Origin: Takakia lepidozioides
Lineage: Eukaryota; Plantae; Bryophyta
Assembly (NCBI GenBank): GCA_030704615.1
Contig: CM060732.1
Span: forward strand, 50,840,001 to 50,904,000
Reading direction: 5' to 3'
Length of the DNA stretch: 64,000 nt
This document shows, piece after piece, positions 36,491 to 49,130 of this stretch. The notes beneath the pieces were generated by a model. The model ran no database searches, was not told the origin of the DNA, and saw nothing but the letters and a program-made list of their open reading frames with translations. The position numbers and the translations under genes were made by a program. Within the stretch, counting starts at the first letter, position 1; every line of letters begins with the position of its first letter.

Positions 36491-39484
36491 TGATCAAGTG
36501 AATTGCGATGCATTTCACATCAAGGCCTATTTGGAATTCCCTATAGGGGTACTCTCATAATGTACACTTGTTTCCAACACACCACCCAATGGTGGATCCC
36601 AACATCAAGAAATATGAAATATCGCTTCACCCAAATTTTTATGTATTCTATATCTTTTTGACAACAAAGTTGGTAATGGGCACCTGGCACATACCACCTC
36701 CGAAGTGGTTGTGGGTTCAATCCATCGATTGGTGCCTACCAGACGGCAGTAGCCCTTCCGGAATCAAGAGACACTATAATTTACGCTTTCTTCAGGCGGC
36801 ATCATGTCTTATTATTCTTCTACATCTTCTTCCGCACTAGCCCACACATTGCAACTTCCTTCACTGAGCCACACTCTCGCGTAAGCTGCCCTAGTGGAAG
36901 TGGAAATGGAGCCAAGCCGACCTGCTCAGCAAGTTATCCAGGCCATTGTCACCTGCTAGAGCAGGTCTAGCATGGTGAAAGGTGAGGCGTCGGGTCGCCC
37001 TGCATGGAAGCGGGTGCGTGGGCCCGGCTTCCCCCAGCGTGACATGAGCAGAGCGGGTCACCCGGGAGGTGGCCCTAATAAAGGGGCATAGAAAACGACA
37101 GGGCGCTGGCTTGACAGTAGGAGCGGAGTGATCGTCGATGGACTCCATTCCGTCTTCGCAATGCACCGCGAGCAGCATGTTGCTGCCTTACCATCACTTG
37201 CTGCGCGATGCAACCCTGCGGAGTGAAAGGGAGCACCTTCTAGACCTGGAGCATCAACTTGTGGAAGCAAGACAGCGGGTTAGATGCAGACGTTAATTAA
37301 TTGCTTTCGTTGCGTACATGCATATTCTTTGCTGCAGTTTTCGCTAAACGTGAGCGGGATTAGCGCTGGATGTCAATGTTACTATCTGTCTGCAGGTTTT
37401 CTTATTTCTGAACATATGACAATTGATGTGTATCTGTCTTGGTGGTGGCATAGCTGCAAGATTTGAAGGAAGATACCGGACTTCTTGGCAAACTGCCGAA
37501 GGTTTGTGGTCTGTGATCCCTACCGGAGGCATTTATATACTCCAAAGATACTGTTTGCTGTGAATTCAGTGTTATTACGGGGTGCCGGGTGTGCGACACG
37601 GGTGTTTTTCTCAACATATCTTCTCCTCTGCAGGTTTGCGGATGTGTATGTTGTCCACACAGTTGTACTGGAGAACCTGATCCCAAGAGATCCAGCATGT
37701 GAGTCGTTCTGGCATTGTTTCCATCCCGCATTACGTAACGGTTTATTGATAGTTGAAGAGGTTTGTTGCTGGTTGAACTAGCAATCATGGATGCTCTATA
37801 CTTTACAGGTGTACTGAGCTGAGCACGCGGAGTATAGGGGAAACGTCAAGGAAAGTTGTCGGTCATCAGTCTCGACGACAGCAAGCAGCGAAATCGGTAA
37901 GAGTCTTGATGTTTTTCCTCCGGACATTACTTAGTGTGATAGTTCTGCCAAGCAATCAACCAAATCCTAAAGCGTCAGGAGCACATTCCGTTGAGATGTG
38001 GCTGTGACATGTCCTATGCCGTTTGGAACAAGTTGAACTGTGGGCGGCTTGCATCCCGGTCTTCCCGTTGGACGTTGATGTAACTGTTCCCCAGTTAACA
38101 AGTTCAGGATACTTGTTGAGCAGGTGTCGAGCAATGCAGAGGGGCTTCTGTTAGCAGTGGATAAGTTTCTTTCTGCAGCGGAGTCTCCGTTTGCAATTTC
38201 ATCATCAGACGTTTCTGGAAGCTAAACGAAAACATGATCAAGCCATGTTGGTTGGTCTATCAGTCTCCTTGTACGTCTTCCCTTCGAGTATTCACAATGT
38301 AGTAAATTCCGTTCAATCGCCTGTGAAATAGCTACAATATTTTTCTGTCATAGGCATGTCCCATTTGAAATCCTTAACACCTTGGAGAGTGTATTACGAG
38401 AGATAATTACCGTGCCCTGATCCATGTGCTCAGTAATAGTGGATTCCCGAGACAAAGAGGAAGGTTCTTTTCCACACTTAACTTTAATTTAGTTGCTCTC
38501 TTGTCTATGATGTTTTCTGAAGTTGGTATCTTTTCTTTCTTCTAAGGTTGTCCCATGAGCCCTCCGACCATTGTGTACACTATGATAAAGTTTCTACAGC
38601 CACTAACTTGTTCATGAACCCAGTGCATCTTTGTATGAACTGATCTCCAATCCAAGTCTACATGGAAAGGATACAATGGTTACACGCCAATGAAGAGGTA
38701 TTGCATCTGAGAAGCACCTGTTTCTGACATACTGCTGAAGGTGTGGTAATTCATGTTATGCTGAAGAGATCATCTGAGGCTCTCAAGGGTGGCTCTCAAG
38801 GGTGCTGCATATGTTCACTGACACAATCGAATTTGTATTGCAGGATGTGGAGGAGGAGCAAAAGGCACCAACTCCATGCTACCAGTGAGTAGTTAATCTG
38901 CTTTAAGCTGATCAGCATGCCCCCCAGAACGCATACCTGTGGGACTAAAAATCTTGGAATGTGGTGACACACAAGCAGTAGATGAACTGCAGTGGAGCAC
39001 CACTATCAAGATGGGGTTTGTTCTTGCAACAATTACAGTGAAATAGGCAACTGCATCAAAGAACTTAGCACACTTCCAAGTCAGAATAATAAAGTAAAGG
39101 GTGAAAGTGGAAGAACCAACTTCTGTTCATAAATGCAAGAGCTGCCCATGGTGATAATTGCCACTAGAAATGCTCAAACTTTTGCCTGCACTATGAATTG
39201 TTACTCTCCTTTGTCTCCCATCCATTTCGGGGAGGATGAAGGGAGAGATGAATCCTACAGGAATTCAGAGCAAGACAACTTTGGAGAAGCTCTGGTTGTC
39301 TGCCTCATATCTCTTGTTGCTTGTCTATTGTAGAGTGTATCAGGTCATCCAAATTGTCTCCAGACCTGTGGTGGACGGCGAACAAATGCTGAGACCTCTT
39401 TTAGTTACATGTAAGACGACCCGCCAAAGAGGCCTAGGGGTTTATTTACAGGATGCACTAACTGCAGTTTCAGCTCAAGTGGTT

Positions 39485-42168
39485 TTAGCCTCTCTGTTCC
39501 CATCGCAAGTCACTATGAAAGTGAGAAAGCGCTCCCCTTAAATCACCTTCAGCAAGAGAAAGATAGTACTGTGCAGTACTATCATCTACCCGCAGACTTT
39601 TTTTCAGAGATTCCAGCACTTCTCTCTTTAGCCTCTGCTGGGCCTTGACATTGGCACGGAGCGTAGCTGCCTTCATCTGGTCTGGCCTGGACCCATCCAT
39701 GTACAGTACTGCCACCTCACGCTTGGCATATACATCAAGCTCAATGAAGCAGGTCTGACCCTCCAATAGCTCTGGCTGAACCACTGGAATCAGCAAGCGC
39801 TCACGCGAGTGAATGCCATGGTCGCTCATCATATTGTTCACCCTTCTTATATCTGGCACCTGTATCACAAACATCATGTTGTTTACATTTCCAACAATCA
39901 AAGACTTGATAGATGTTTAACAAGCCCTTCAAAGCATCAGGGCTTTGAGGGCTTGCATTGGCACTCTGATATACCTTAACCATTATTAGTTAGGAGGAGG
40001 ATGCATCTGAATGACACTGTACATATCAATGGCCAGCCTTGAAGAAGGTAGATTTCGATGGAGTTTAGCTGCAACATTGATGGTTATGGGTTGATGGTGT
40101 GTGAAAGTGAAAGATATGGTCAGCAAATGAAATGAGCCCGTTTTTTCAACTATGTGAGGAAACTTGCAATCCACACATAAGAAAAAGCCAGTGATGAACA
40201 CCTTCTGCAGCCTCTTCATTTGAAGGTTCACAATGACCACAACGTAATTTTGCAAATTGCCCACAACTGTCCCCCTCAAAAAGTTTTCCTTCAACTTTCG
40301 GGGCTATGATTAAGCTGGCATGTATCTCCTAAAACATCTAGAGCTTCATTCTGAAAATCGAAACTGGAAAAGTGGAAGCTTCACAAAATGGAGACTAGAA
40401 AGCTATAGCAAAGGGTACCAACACTACTGCAGGAGGTAACTGGAAGCACCTGCACTCGGTACTTGACAGCCAAGCCTGCCATGGTGTCCTGTCGCTGCAG
40501 CCTATGTGATATGACAAATTGGCCAAGATGCCCCCGCCAGAAGCTGCTAGATGCTGGCCTCCCTTCCACCTCTCGCAGCTTCCATGGTGCCATGAATGCT
40601 GCTGCCAACACACTGGGGTCCCCTGCTATGGACCGCCAGAGGCGACAGACACAAGAAGCTCGCCCCAACAAAGGGACCGGCAAACGCTCCAATATCATCC
40701 TCCATAAATCATCAGTCAAAACCCTACAAACATCACTGCGACCTTGGACGGACAAGCCCTCTTCTTGTCTCTCATCCTCCCCTCTCCTGTTTATTACCAG
40801 AGCAGACTGCAGAAAATTCCCTCTGTCCACTGGTGCAGAAATGTCAAGTGAGTGCATGCTACTTTTCAGAAATGCCATGTCTTCTCTTATTAACATCAGT
40901 TGAATTCTTGCATCCTCAAGGTTTGCTGTATTAAAGCTCATAGGAATTCCTTCATCAACACGAGTGGTACTGCCAAAAACCTCCAGACTGGTTGTTGGTG
41001 ATGTCATGTCTTTTACTGTTTGCTGCACAGTTGCATCTGCTTCGCCAAACGCAGTACCCTGCTGACTAGACCTACCATGGGTGTATAACACTGCCAACTC
41101 AATCTGGGCGTGCTGATCAAACTCAATGAAGCAGGTGCGCCCAGCCAAAAGCTCTGGTCGAGCCACTGGTATCAGTAGCCTTTTGCGGGAATAAACAGCA
41201 TAGTCACTGGTCATCTTGTTAATCTCCCTAATTTTTGTCACCTGCATTATGTTCAGTCAAATCCAGATGTCAACATATGTACCTGATGGGATTAGTGTAG
41301 AACACATCAACAAACAAGGTATCTGCATTTTTCCTATCCCGGCCACTGGACTGCCTTAACTTCGCTTCTTGTAAAATGGAGTCAATTCACATGCACTAAT
41401 CAGGAGATTTGATATGTCCACAAACTACGTTAGGTATGATTGGAATCTCTGTGGTAATTTGGAATTTCCAATACTTCATGATCATCAACAAATTTGCCCA
41501 GAAAAGATCTGAGAGGTAAGAACTGGACATATAACAGGTGCACAGAGAATGAATGAACCTCAACAAATGAACACGCTAAGACTACGCGTTACATGGTTGG
41601 ACGGAAAATTTCAAAACCAATAAAAATTTATGAAACCTTGCAAATCCGCTATACACAAGCTGGACTTCACTTCTACACAGAAGAAAAAGTGTGTGCACAC
41701 ATATATCATAAACACGTTGCCAATCAGTCTCCTCAGTAAATATCCAGAACCAGAAATTTCCTCTAGACTTAATAATTCCCCCAATTGACATGAAATTCCT
41801 TGCACTCGGCAACTGCACGAACAAGGGAAGGTAGGCATGATAACCTGCACATCGTACTTAACAGCCAAACTCTCCAAGGTATCCCACCGCTGCAGTGCGT
41901 GAGAAATCACAAATTGGCTCAAATCTCCATGCCAAAAGCTGCTACAAGACGGCCTTCCCACGACTTCTTTAAGCTTCCACAGCCATTTGAACGACGCCAA
42001 CACCGCGGCCGGATCTCCTGCTATGCTGCGCCAGAGCGCACACACACAGGCCGCTCGGGCTAGCGAAACCATGGGCAAGCGGCCCAGTATAAGGGGCCAC
42101 AGCTCGCTCGGCAATGCCAGGGTTTGCTTCACCTCCATCGCCAGGGTTTCCCTCCCCTCCCTCTCCAT
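39485..42168 (-). CDS. F-box/LysM protein (At1g55000-like) with an internally duplicated F-box-LysM module; exons 42168-41845, 41241-40450, 39859-39485
   Basis: Two F-boxes (LPSELWPLILGRLP..ACVCALW; LTDDLWRMILERLP..SCVCRLW), each followed by LysM (SH.LQR.DT..LAVKY.VQ|V..I...N.M.SD..SR.RLLIP). Both introns are phase-0 GT-AG; ~496 aa open. Confidence 0.9.
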
Positions 42169-43064
42169 CTCTCTTTCCTTATTCGATGCTCTCCGTGCGA
42201 GAGAGACCGTCGGCGCCTATTTTTCCTTTTTGTTTTTTAAAAAACAAATGAATCCCTGGTTACTTTATTGATAATTTTCTTTTCGACCACACATTAAAGA
42301 TTAATTATTCATATTTTCTATATCTTAATGTCTCAGCGGCGAGATATATCATGCCCGTCTAAAAATAGAACTTTCTCAACGGCAGGAACTCTTCGGGCAA
42401 CGATGAAAACTTGGGATTCAGAGGGAGAATGCTTGGGCAGCTATCTTGAAAGTTGTTGACAGGCAGCCCAGGTGAAGGAGAGGACACTGCTGTGCCCATT
42501 CTGGGCACAGTTTGGGAACGTGATCCCAAACATACTAGGGTGCGGATTAGGCACGTGGTGGAGGGTGAAAAGTAACATGTGAAAAGTAATGCGCGGTCGG
42601 TGGTCTCTGTGCCTGGGCCCCTGCTGCTCTGCTTCGCTCGCTTCTCTCGCTGGGGCCCAGAGCATTGTTGTTGAGCAGGTCATCGCGCACTGGAGCTTCA
42701 ACACCTAGGCTGCCTTGTTCATGTAGCTGTCACTAAGTTGGGACAAAAATACTGGTAGTCCGTGTGTTCGGGGACCGTGCGAAGTTCGACTGGAATGAGG
42801 ATATGAGAAAAACGGCCTGGTATGCACGTTGATAGAGCAGGTACGGGCCAAAGGGAGAATTGTTGTGAAGATTGAAGAGGAAGTGACGATAGAAGAGAAG
42901 GGCGGGTGAGACGGTAGATGTTGGGGAAATCTACAAGAAGGAATCACAGGGCCGGGAAAGTGACAAGGGAAGGCCAGGCCAACGTGGGGAACGGGGGATA
43001 GGTGAGAGGCGGTTGGTTCTGCAAGGTTTCGGCAGCTTAAGGGGGAAGGGAAAGGCGTGACGCC

Positions 43065-46000
43065 ATGGACGGGGAGCTTTGGGCGGCCCGTATGTCAACA
43101 TCTAAGCGCCATCATGCTCTTCAGCCGTCACAACCTGCTCACTTAGGTTTGTGATCTCCTTCTAGTTCTCTCCGTGATTTTAGATAGGACAAGCCTGCGG
43201 AAGTGTCGTAAAAACGCTGTACAATTTAGGCCGAACACGGGTGCAACAACTGAATTACCGTGTGTGCACATTGGAAGCCATCATGGTTTTAAGTTGAATG
43301 TCATCACGAATGGTTGTCGTGTTTCTGCGTCTGCATCTCTTTGGAAGCTTGTGCAATTTTGAGGACAAGATTTGTTTTTGGTCCCACAACATGGCGCCGT
43401 CCTTGTCAATGTGTAGTGGCCAGTCGTTGATCCCACTTCAATTCGCAACTCCAGAGTTTCAAATTCAGCTAAGATGCGTCTGACGGGATAGACTCTATCT
43501 CTTGTCGGATCAGCCTTATCTGTGAGGTGATTAATGGATTATCACCTAAGCTTAGGCATTGCTGGGAATCTTTGGGGCATAGGGAGTGTCATGCTTCTGC
43601 TGGCAAAGGTAAAGCAGTCCTTTGCCCAAAGCCAATGCCCCCAATCTTTGTGAGATGTCAACACAGGATCCCAATACCTGGTCAGTTGGTGTGGCCGTGA
43701 ATACCTGACAATTTGTGTCATCTAAAGGGGATTAATGGTCCAGGATGCATTGAATGGTCCAGCTGAAAGATGCAGAGACCTTTCAATTCCCTCAAGTAGA
43801 TTGGGGTCCCAGGTTGGGAATGGGGATGGCCTAGTGGTGGATAGGATGGTCAGTTGTGTTCAGCATTTGACAAACGTTGAAGGCAGTCTACTTTGCAGTA
43901 CTTCACCATCAGTGTACTGTTCATCCTCTTTAATGACTTGGGGAATGCTTTTGCAAGTAGAGTGGGGTCCGACTGCATTGTAGGTTTTCTCTTCCATTTT
44001 GCATGCTTCTTTGACCTGTCCACCAGTTTTCCTTCTCTTTAAGACAAGGGTTCACCACTAAGGTGTTTGCCAACGAGGTCCTGGAGACATCTTGTCCTTT
44101 GCATTTTAATTGACCATCCCAAACTAACACATCTATTGTCAAGGGACCTTTCTCGCATCAAGAACACTGCGTTGCCTCAGATGTGAATAGCTTTGGGGTC
44201 CTGTCAAGAACCACTTATGTTGTTCCAAATGTGTTCAGGCCGACTCTGGTGAAAAAGCATAGTCAGGTGGAGTAGGGGAGGAGTTTTGTTGCCGGGGTTT
44301 ACCATGTGAGCACTGGCTAGTTTCGCATCGGGTAGGCATGCAATTGACACAATCTTCACCCTCTGTACTTCTCTTTAACACATCTTCCCAGAGCCTAGGA
44401 ATACGGAGGGGGAGGCTCTTTGCCGAATGCACAGTATTAGAATGGATTATGAAGTCAGAACTCTCACTGTACTTTGCAATTTAAGGATTTGAGTGACTCG
44501 TCTATGTATCGCATGTAACAAAAGCAAGAAACAGCCAGCTGGAGCCAGTTCGTCCATTTTGCATCAAGAGAATGTACTCATAAGACGTTGTTTGCCGTAG
44601 CCTTTTGCATCAAGAGACTCAACATCTTTGAGGCCCTAGGTCAAGTTCTCTGTCTGAAATTGTCCCTTTTGTTCCGGCTCAAACTGGGCGCGGGGTCAGT
44701 GGCCACAAGGCTACGGCAAACAACGTCTTATGAGTACAATCTGCTGAATTGAACTCTTTGCTGAATCTAAAGAGTGGGGTGGGGCTGCAGACCGTCACAT
44801 TAATTTAGATGATGTGGATGGGGACGAAGATGTACGCCCTGATTTCTCATGCCCTTACTGCTATGAAGACTTTGACATGGTGTCCCTCTGCTCACACCTT
44901 GAAGATGAACATTGCTTCGAATCTAAAGCCGCTGTGAGTCTTCTATAATCCGTCTTCTCCCTTTCAAAAGAAATCTTGGTTGTTGAGCATTGAAGCTATG
45001 ACTGGCTTGTAGGTTTACAATTTAAGAATGGTAACCTAGCATGGGATTACACAGGTGGTTCATAGGTTTTGAGCCCTGTAGTATGTGATGATTGCCTGGT
45101 CCATCTTTTAGACATGAGGTATATCTTGTTCACCATTCGGCTGCTTCTGGTCTCCTGGAATCTACTAAAAAGGCTCTCCAGCATTTTTTTTATTTTGCTG
45201 GATCATGAGAACCACACTATCTTTTCATAAGGTCATAACCTTGAGCAATGAAAGCAGCTGTGTGACTACTTGGCAGCCCTCAGTGACACCTGGTGATTTA
45301 GGGATTATTAACAGTAATACTCTGGCAGTATGTCCTCAAATGATGACTCTAGGGGAAGGGCCAGACCCCTACCTATAGCCCGGAATGTGGGTGATGGTTG
45401 TAGGCATATACTAAAGCTGGATTTATCCAGCACTCCTGCAGGTTATAAAGTACTAAATCATGTGTGGGAAGCAGATTTGCCCAGTGTGTGCCGCAAAGAT
45501 TCCAAAAGACATGGTGGGGCACATCTCACAGCAGCATGGCCATCTGTTCAAGATATCCTTTTGATTGCAATATGGAGAGGGTACTAGTTATTTCAGGCAT
45601 ATGGACTAGATACTGTTGAGAATGGGATTCAAACATCAGTGACCTGTCATGAAATGTATGTTTATTGCCTGCTGTTCTAGTAGCAGGGTGAATATCCACT
45701 TAATTATTACGATCATAATTATTGGCGTGTAGGACCGCTCGGAGGTTGGTGTTGCAGGGCTGACAATATACGCATTGCTAGTAGCTTTCTCTCTGGAGGG
45801 ATCTTCATCAGGGATGTGAAACTTGTGCTGGCAAGGGAACACTGTATGTGTGAGTGTGGGTGAGAGATAGAGTGAGAGAGTAGTGTTTGCCTTGACATCA
45901 GATTACATGCAGCGCCGAAGAAGATTCCGGAGGGCTGCGGCCCCATCGAGTTCCACTCTTTCGCTTCTCGGGAAAGAGCTTCGGGAGGCACATCTGCAGG

Positions 46001-46832
46001 CCCTCTTAGGAGGTGGTACATCACATACCACCAATTCTTCTGATCCTCTTCTCACCTCCCTGGTCTACAGCCTACCCACTCCTGAGGCAGAAGATCCTGC
46101 CAAACCCAGTGCTACTTCTGACGATTCGTTCTCAAAACCATCATCGTCAATTCATCAGCAAAGATCTAAGTGAGTTTTTGGAAGTCTCTACCCTGCATCC
46201 AACTGCCCCCTGCCCCCTCTCTCCATCCCTCCTGTTCCCTCTTACTGGTTAAGCACATGTGATTGCTGGCATTGTAATTTGGTTTTTACGTACACCATAG
46301 CTCTGGTAGTGGGAAATGCAGACTGGTTGAGTGCCTCTGCTGGTATGTATAAGGCTTGAAGGGCCAGACTTAGAGGAGGGTGTCTTGGTACATTTTAAGC
46401 TTCTCTTCTAGGGGCTGGTAAGTCCAAGTTTTACCTTGTGCAGTCCTGATGGTCCATCTGCCGCTTGTTTGCAACTGAGAAGGATTGGTGGAGTGAGGTT
46501 GTCTGCAGCAATACACAATGGTGTTGAGTATTTATTTACACCTTGATGGCATCGTGCTTTGGGATGCCAGCTCATCTATGTAAAGAGTCCCTCTCTAAAG
46601 TTGCTTGGTGTAAAATCAGAATCTGTACACACACATACAGAGTAAGCATGAGGCTGTCTGGGCTGACACCATTTGAAATTTGTGGTGATCACTGTTCTGT
46701 CGGTGGTTTTGTGTGGACAGTGTTGATGTATCATTAACAGCAGAAGAGCGGGAACAGAGAGTGAAGGAGGCAGCATTACGTGCCAAGTTTGTGCAACAAT
46801 TGGTGCTCTCGACACTATTGGGTGATAGTTAA
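43065..46832 (+). CDS. DI19: Drought-induced 19 (Di19) C2H2 zinc-finger protein; exons ~43065-43146, 44791-44933, 45475-45552, 45907-46169, 46721-46832
   Basis: FSCPYCYEDFDMVSLCSHLEDEHCFE; ICPVCAAK..DMVGHISQQHG; LSLLGKELREAHLQALLG; DPLLTSLV; RAKFVQQLVLSTLL. Confidence 0.93.
44573..44738. repeat. Perfect 32-bp inverted repeat in Di19 intron 1
   Basis: TGTACTCATAAGACGTTGTTTGCCGTAGCCTT (44573-44604) vs its reverse complement (44707-44738). Confidence 0.9.
45553..45906 (+). other. U12-type AT-AC intron in Di19
   Basis: 5' ATATCCTTT, branch-like GCCTTGAC ~10 nt before the terminal AC; removal restores HLFK|MQRRRR. Confidence 0.92.
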
Positions 46833-47839
46833 TATCATGTATATATGTATGTGGAGGCCGGCCTCTGGACCCTTTTAGGGTAGGTACACTTCCTGTCAGC
46901 ACGACTGCTGCCATGTATTTGTTCCCCCGCCACTACTGAGGTATACAGCATTTGGATGTAGGGACGAGGCATCATAACAGTCAAGTCATCTGGTGAAGTG
47001 TGTTTAGAGAGAAGTGGAACTCCATCTTCCACAGCTCTAAACTGTAGATTAGGTAGGGCATTGCTGCCATACAAGATGGGCTGGTGTGGCTCATGGGCAA
47101 AATGGGAGCAAGCTTTTAATTCTAGGTAATGCAAGTGGAACTTTGCAGTTGTGTTCTTACTTCGTCTAATACATGAGAAGATGAGTTTAGTCCGAGGAAG
47201 TATCGCACGGATCTGGTAGGGTCTGTATCAGCTATCAACCAGATTGCCACTGGTCCTCTCTTTAGCCCTCCTTTTCTCATTCCTAAAGGATAGCCTGGTA
47301 ACAACTGGGATCCCTTGGGAACTGAGGTTCCAAATGCATCCATTGTCCTCTCGGAAGTGTCCACTCGAAAAATGTTGGGTGGTAGTTAAAACTGTGGAGG
47401 GGTTCCTTTTCCACAATTTGTTGGTGGTGGTGCTACATTACTGGCAAGAGGGAGATGGGTGTCATCTGCCAGTTGACTGCAGGAATTCTTCAAAACATTG
47501 CTTACAGTCTTGTTTATCTTTGTCTGAGGCTAACGTATGACATGAGAAAATTTTCCGCAACCTAGCATCCTCACCAAGCATCCTTACCGTATCCACACTA
47601 CTACACTCTCTCTCCAAATTTCTCCTCACAAAATGCAGCTCTTATGCCTTCCAGTCATTCATCCATTTGTCAGGCCCAGCAAAGCATCTTCTATGATACC
47701 AGATGCCTGGCATTAGGGTTGGGATCTGGTTTGAGGATCCGGAGTTTTGTGAAGAACGATGCAAAGCATTCTCTTGTTGCTGTTTGTGTGAAGCTCTGCT
47801 GCTGTCGGTCACGTTTTCAACACGCACACATTGCTGGAG

Positions 47840-47843
<4 letters not shown>

Positions 47844-47891
<48 letters not shown>
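47844..47891 (+). repeat. (CT)n microsatellite upstream of NDUFA13
   Basis: ~23 CT units followed by (ATTTC)n. Confidence 0.95.
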
Positions 47892-47895
<4 letters not shown>

Positions 47896-48073
47896 CCATT
47901 TCATTTCATTTCATTTCTCTCTCGAGAGCTATAGTGAGCACTCACGAGAAGTCTTGCGTCTGCCAGATTTTAGTGAATCGAGAAGCGGCAGTGTTGGGGT
48001 CCTGATCTTAGATTAGGGCCTCAAAAGAGTGACAGAAGAGAAGACGCGGGGGTGAACAACAACAACAGCAACC

Positions 48074-49130
48074 ATGACGGAGGCCACGATAAGAAACCAG
48101 AAGGGCTTGGCCAGCGTCAAGGATATGCCCATCCTGCAGGATGGGCCTCCGCCGGGGGGATTCCCACCTGTGCGATACGCTCGCAAGATCGCCAACAGTG
48201 GGCCGAGTGGCTTGACTATTTTGCTGGTCTCGTCAGCTGTCATAAGTTATGGTCTGTACCAAGTGGGCGTGGGCAACCATAAACGAAGGTCAGTGCCAAT
48301 CTCCTGCCCCTCATGCTCTACACCCAGACTGAATCTGCACTATACACTGCTCAATTTCTATGGGAGTCTCATAAACACTAGGGTTTTGTACTATTATGGA
48401 CTCGGTATCTCTATGAGTGGTATGCTGTCTGCCAGTATTGAAGCGCACATTTGGTGGTTCTGCTTGTAGCACTTAGAGTTGGAATTGTTTATCAACTATC
48501 TCAGAGTCGTCGTTCGGTTTATCCCTTTCCACGTGCTAAATCTTAGCTTCTTCATTGACAGGGCGTATAAGGCAGAAAAGATCGCTGCACGCCAAGCCAT
48601 AGTACCGCTCATCCAGGCTGAGGAAGATGCAAGGTAAATCTGACTCTTACTGGAATGATAGATGCCCCACACATAAGTGACGTGATTAGGAAAGTTATGT
48701 TCATAATTGTGTAATCTTTCAAAGTACTCTGAACCTCCCCTGCAGTCTAAACTGAGGAGAAGGTTCTCCTTGTATTCTGTATGAGGTTCGAGTGTTTTTT
48801 GTTCCTCATCAGGCAATTTGACCAATGTTATGCTGGAGTTGAACACATTGTACCGAGAGATATGCTGAGGAATGTTTTTAGGAAAGTCTCTAGATTTTAA
48901 CACAGAAATGGTTATCAGTGCATGCCTTCTTTTACTCTCTTTTTGCCTCTTCACAAAATCTGTGGAATTTGTTGGATGACCTATGCAGGTTTGTCAGGGA
49001 AAGGAAGAAGCTTCTGGAAGAAGAGGCTAGGGTGATGGCCCATGTGCCAGGCTGGAAGGTGGGTGAAAATGTGTATAACTCAGGCAGGTGGTTGCCGCCT
49101 GCTACTGGCAAACTTACTACTGATTTCTAA
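48074..49130 (+). CDS. NDUFA13: Complex I subunit B16.6 / NDUFA13 (GRIM-19); exons ~48074-48288, 48562-48633, 48989-49130
   Basis: [39 protein letters not shown]; [20 protein letters not shown]; [22 protein letters not shown]. Confidence 0.95.

Noticed and set aside
47642-48016. ORFs with ERERER/SLSLSL runs
   Set aside because: Translations of the (CT)n microsatellite.
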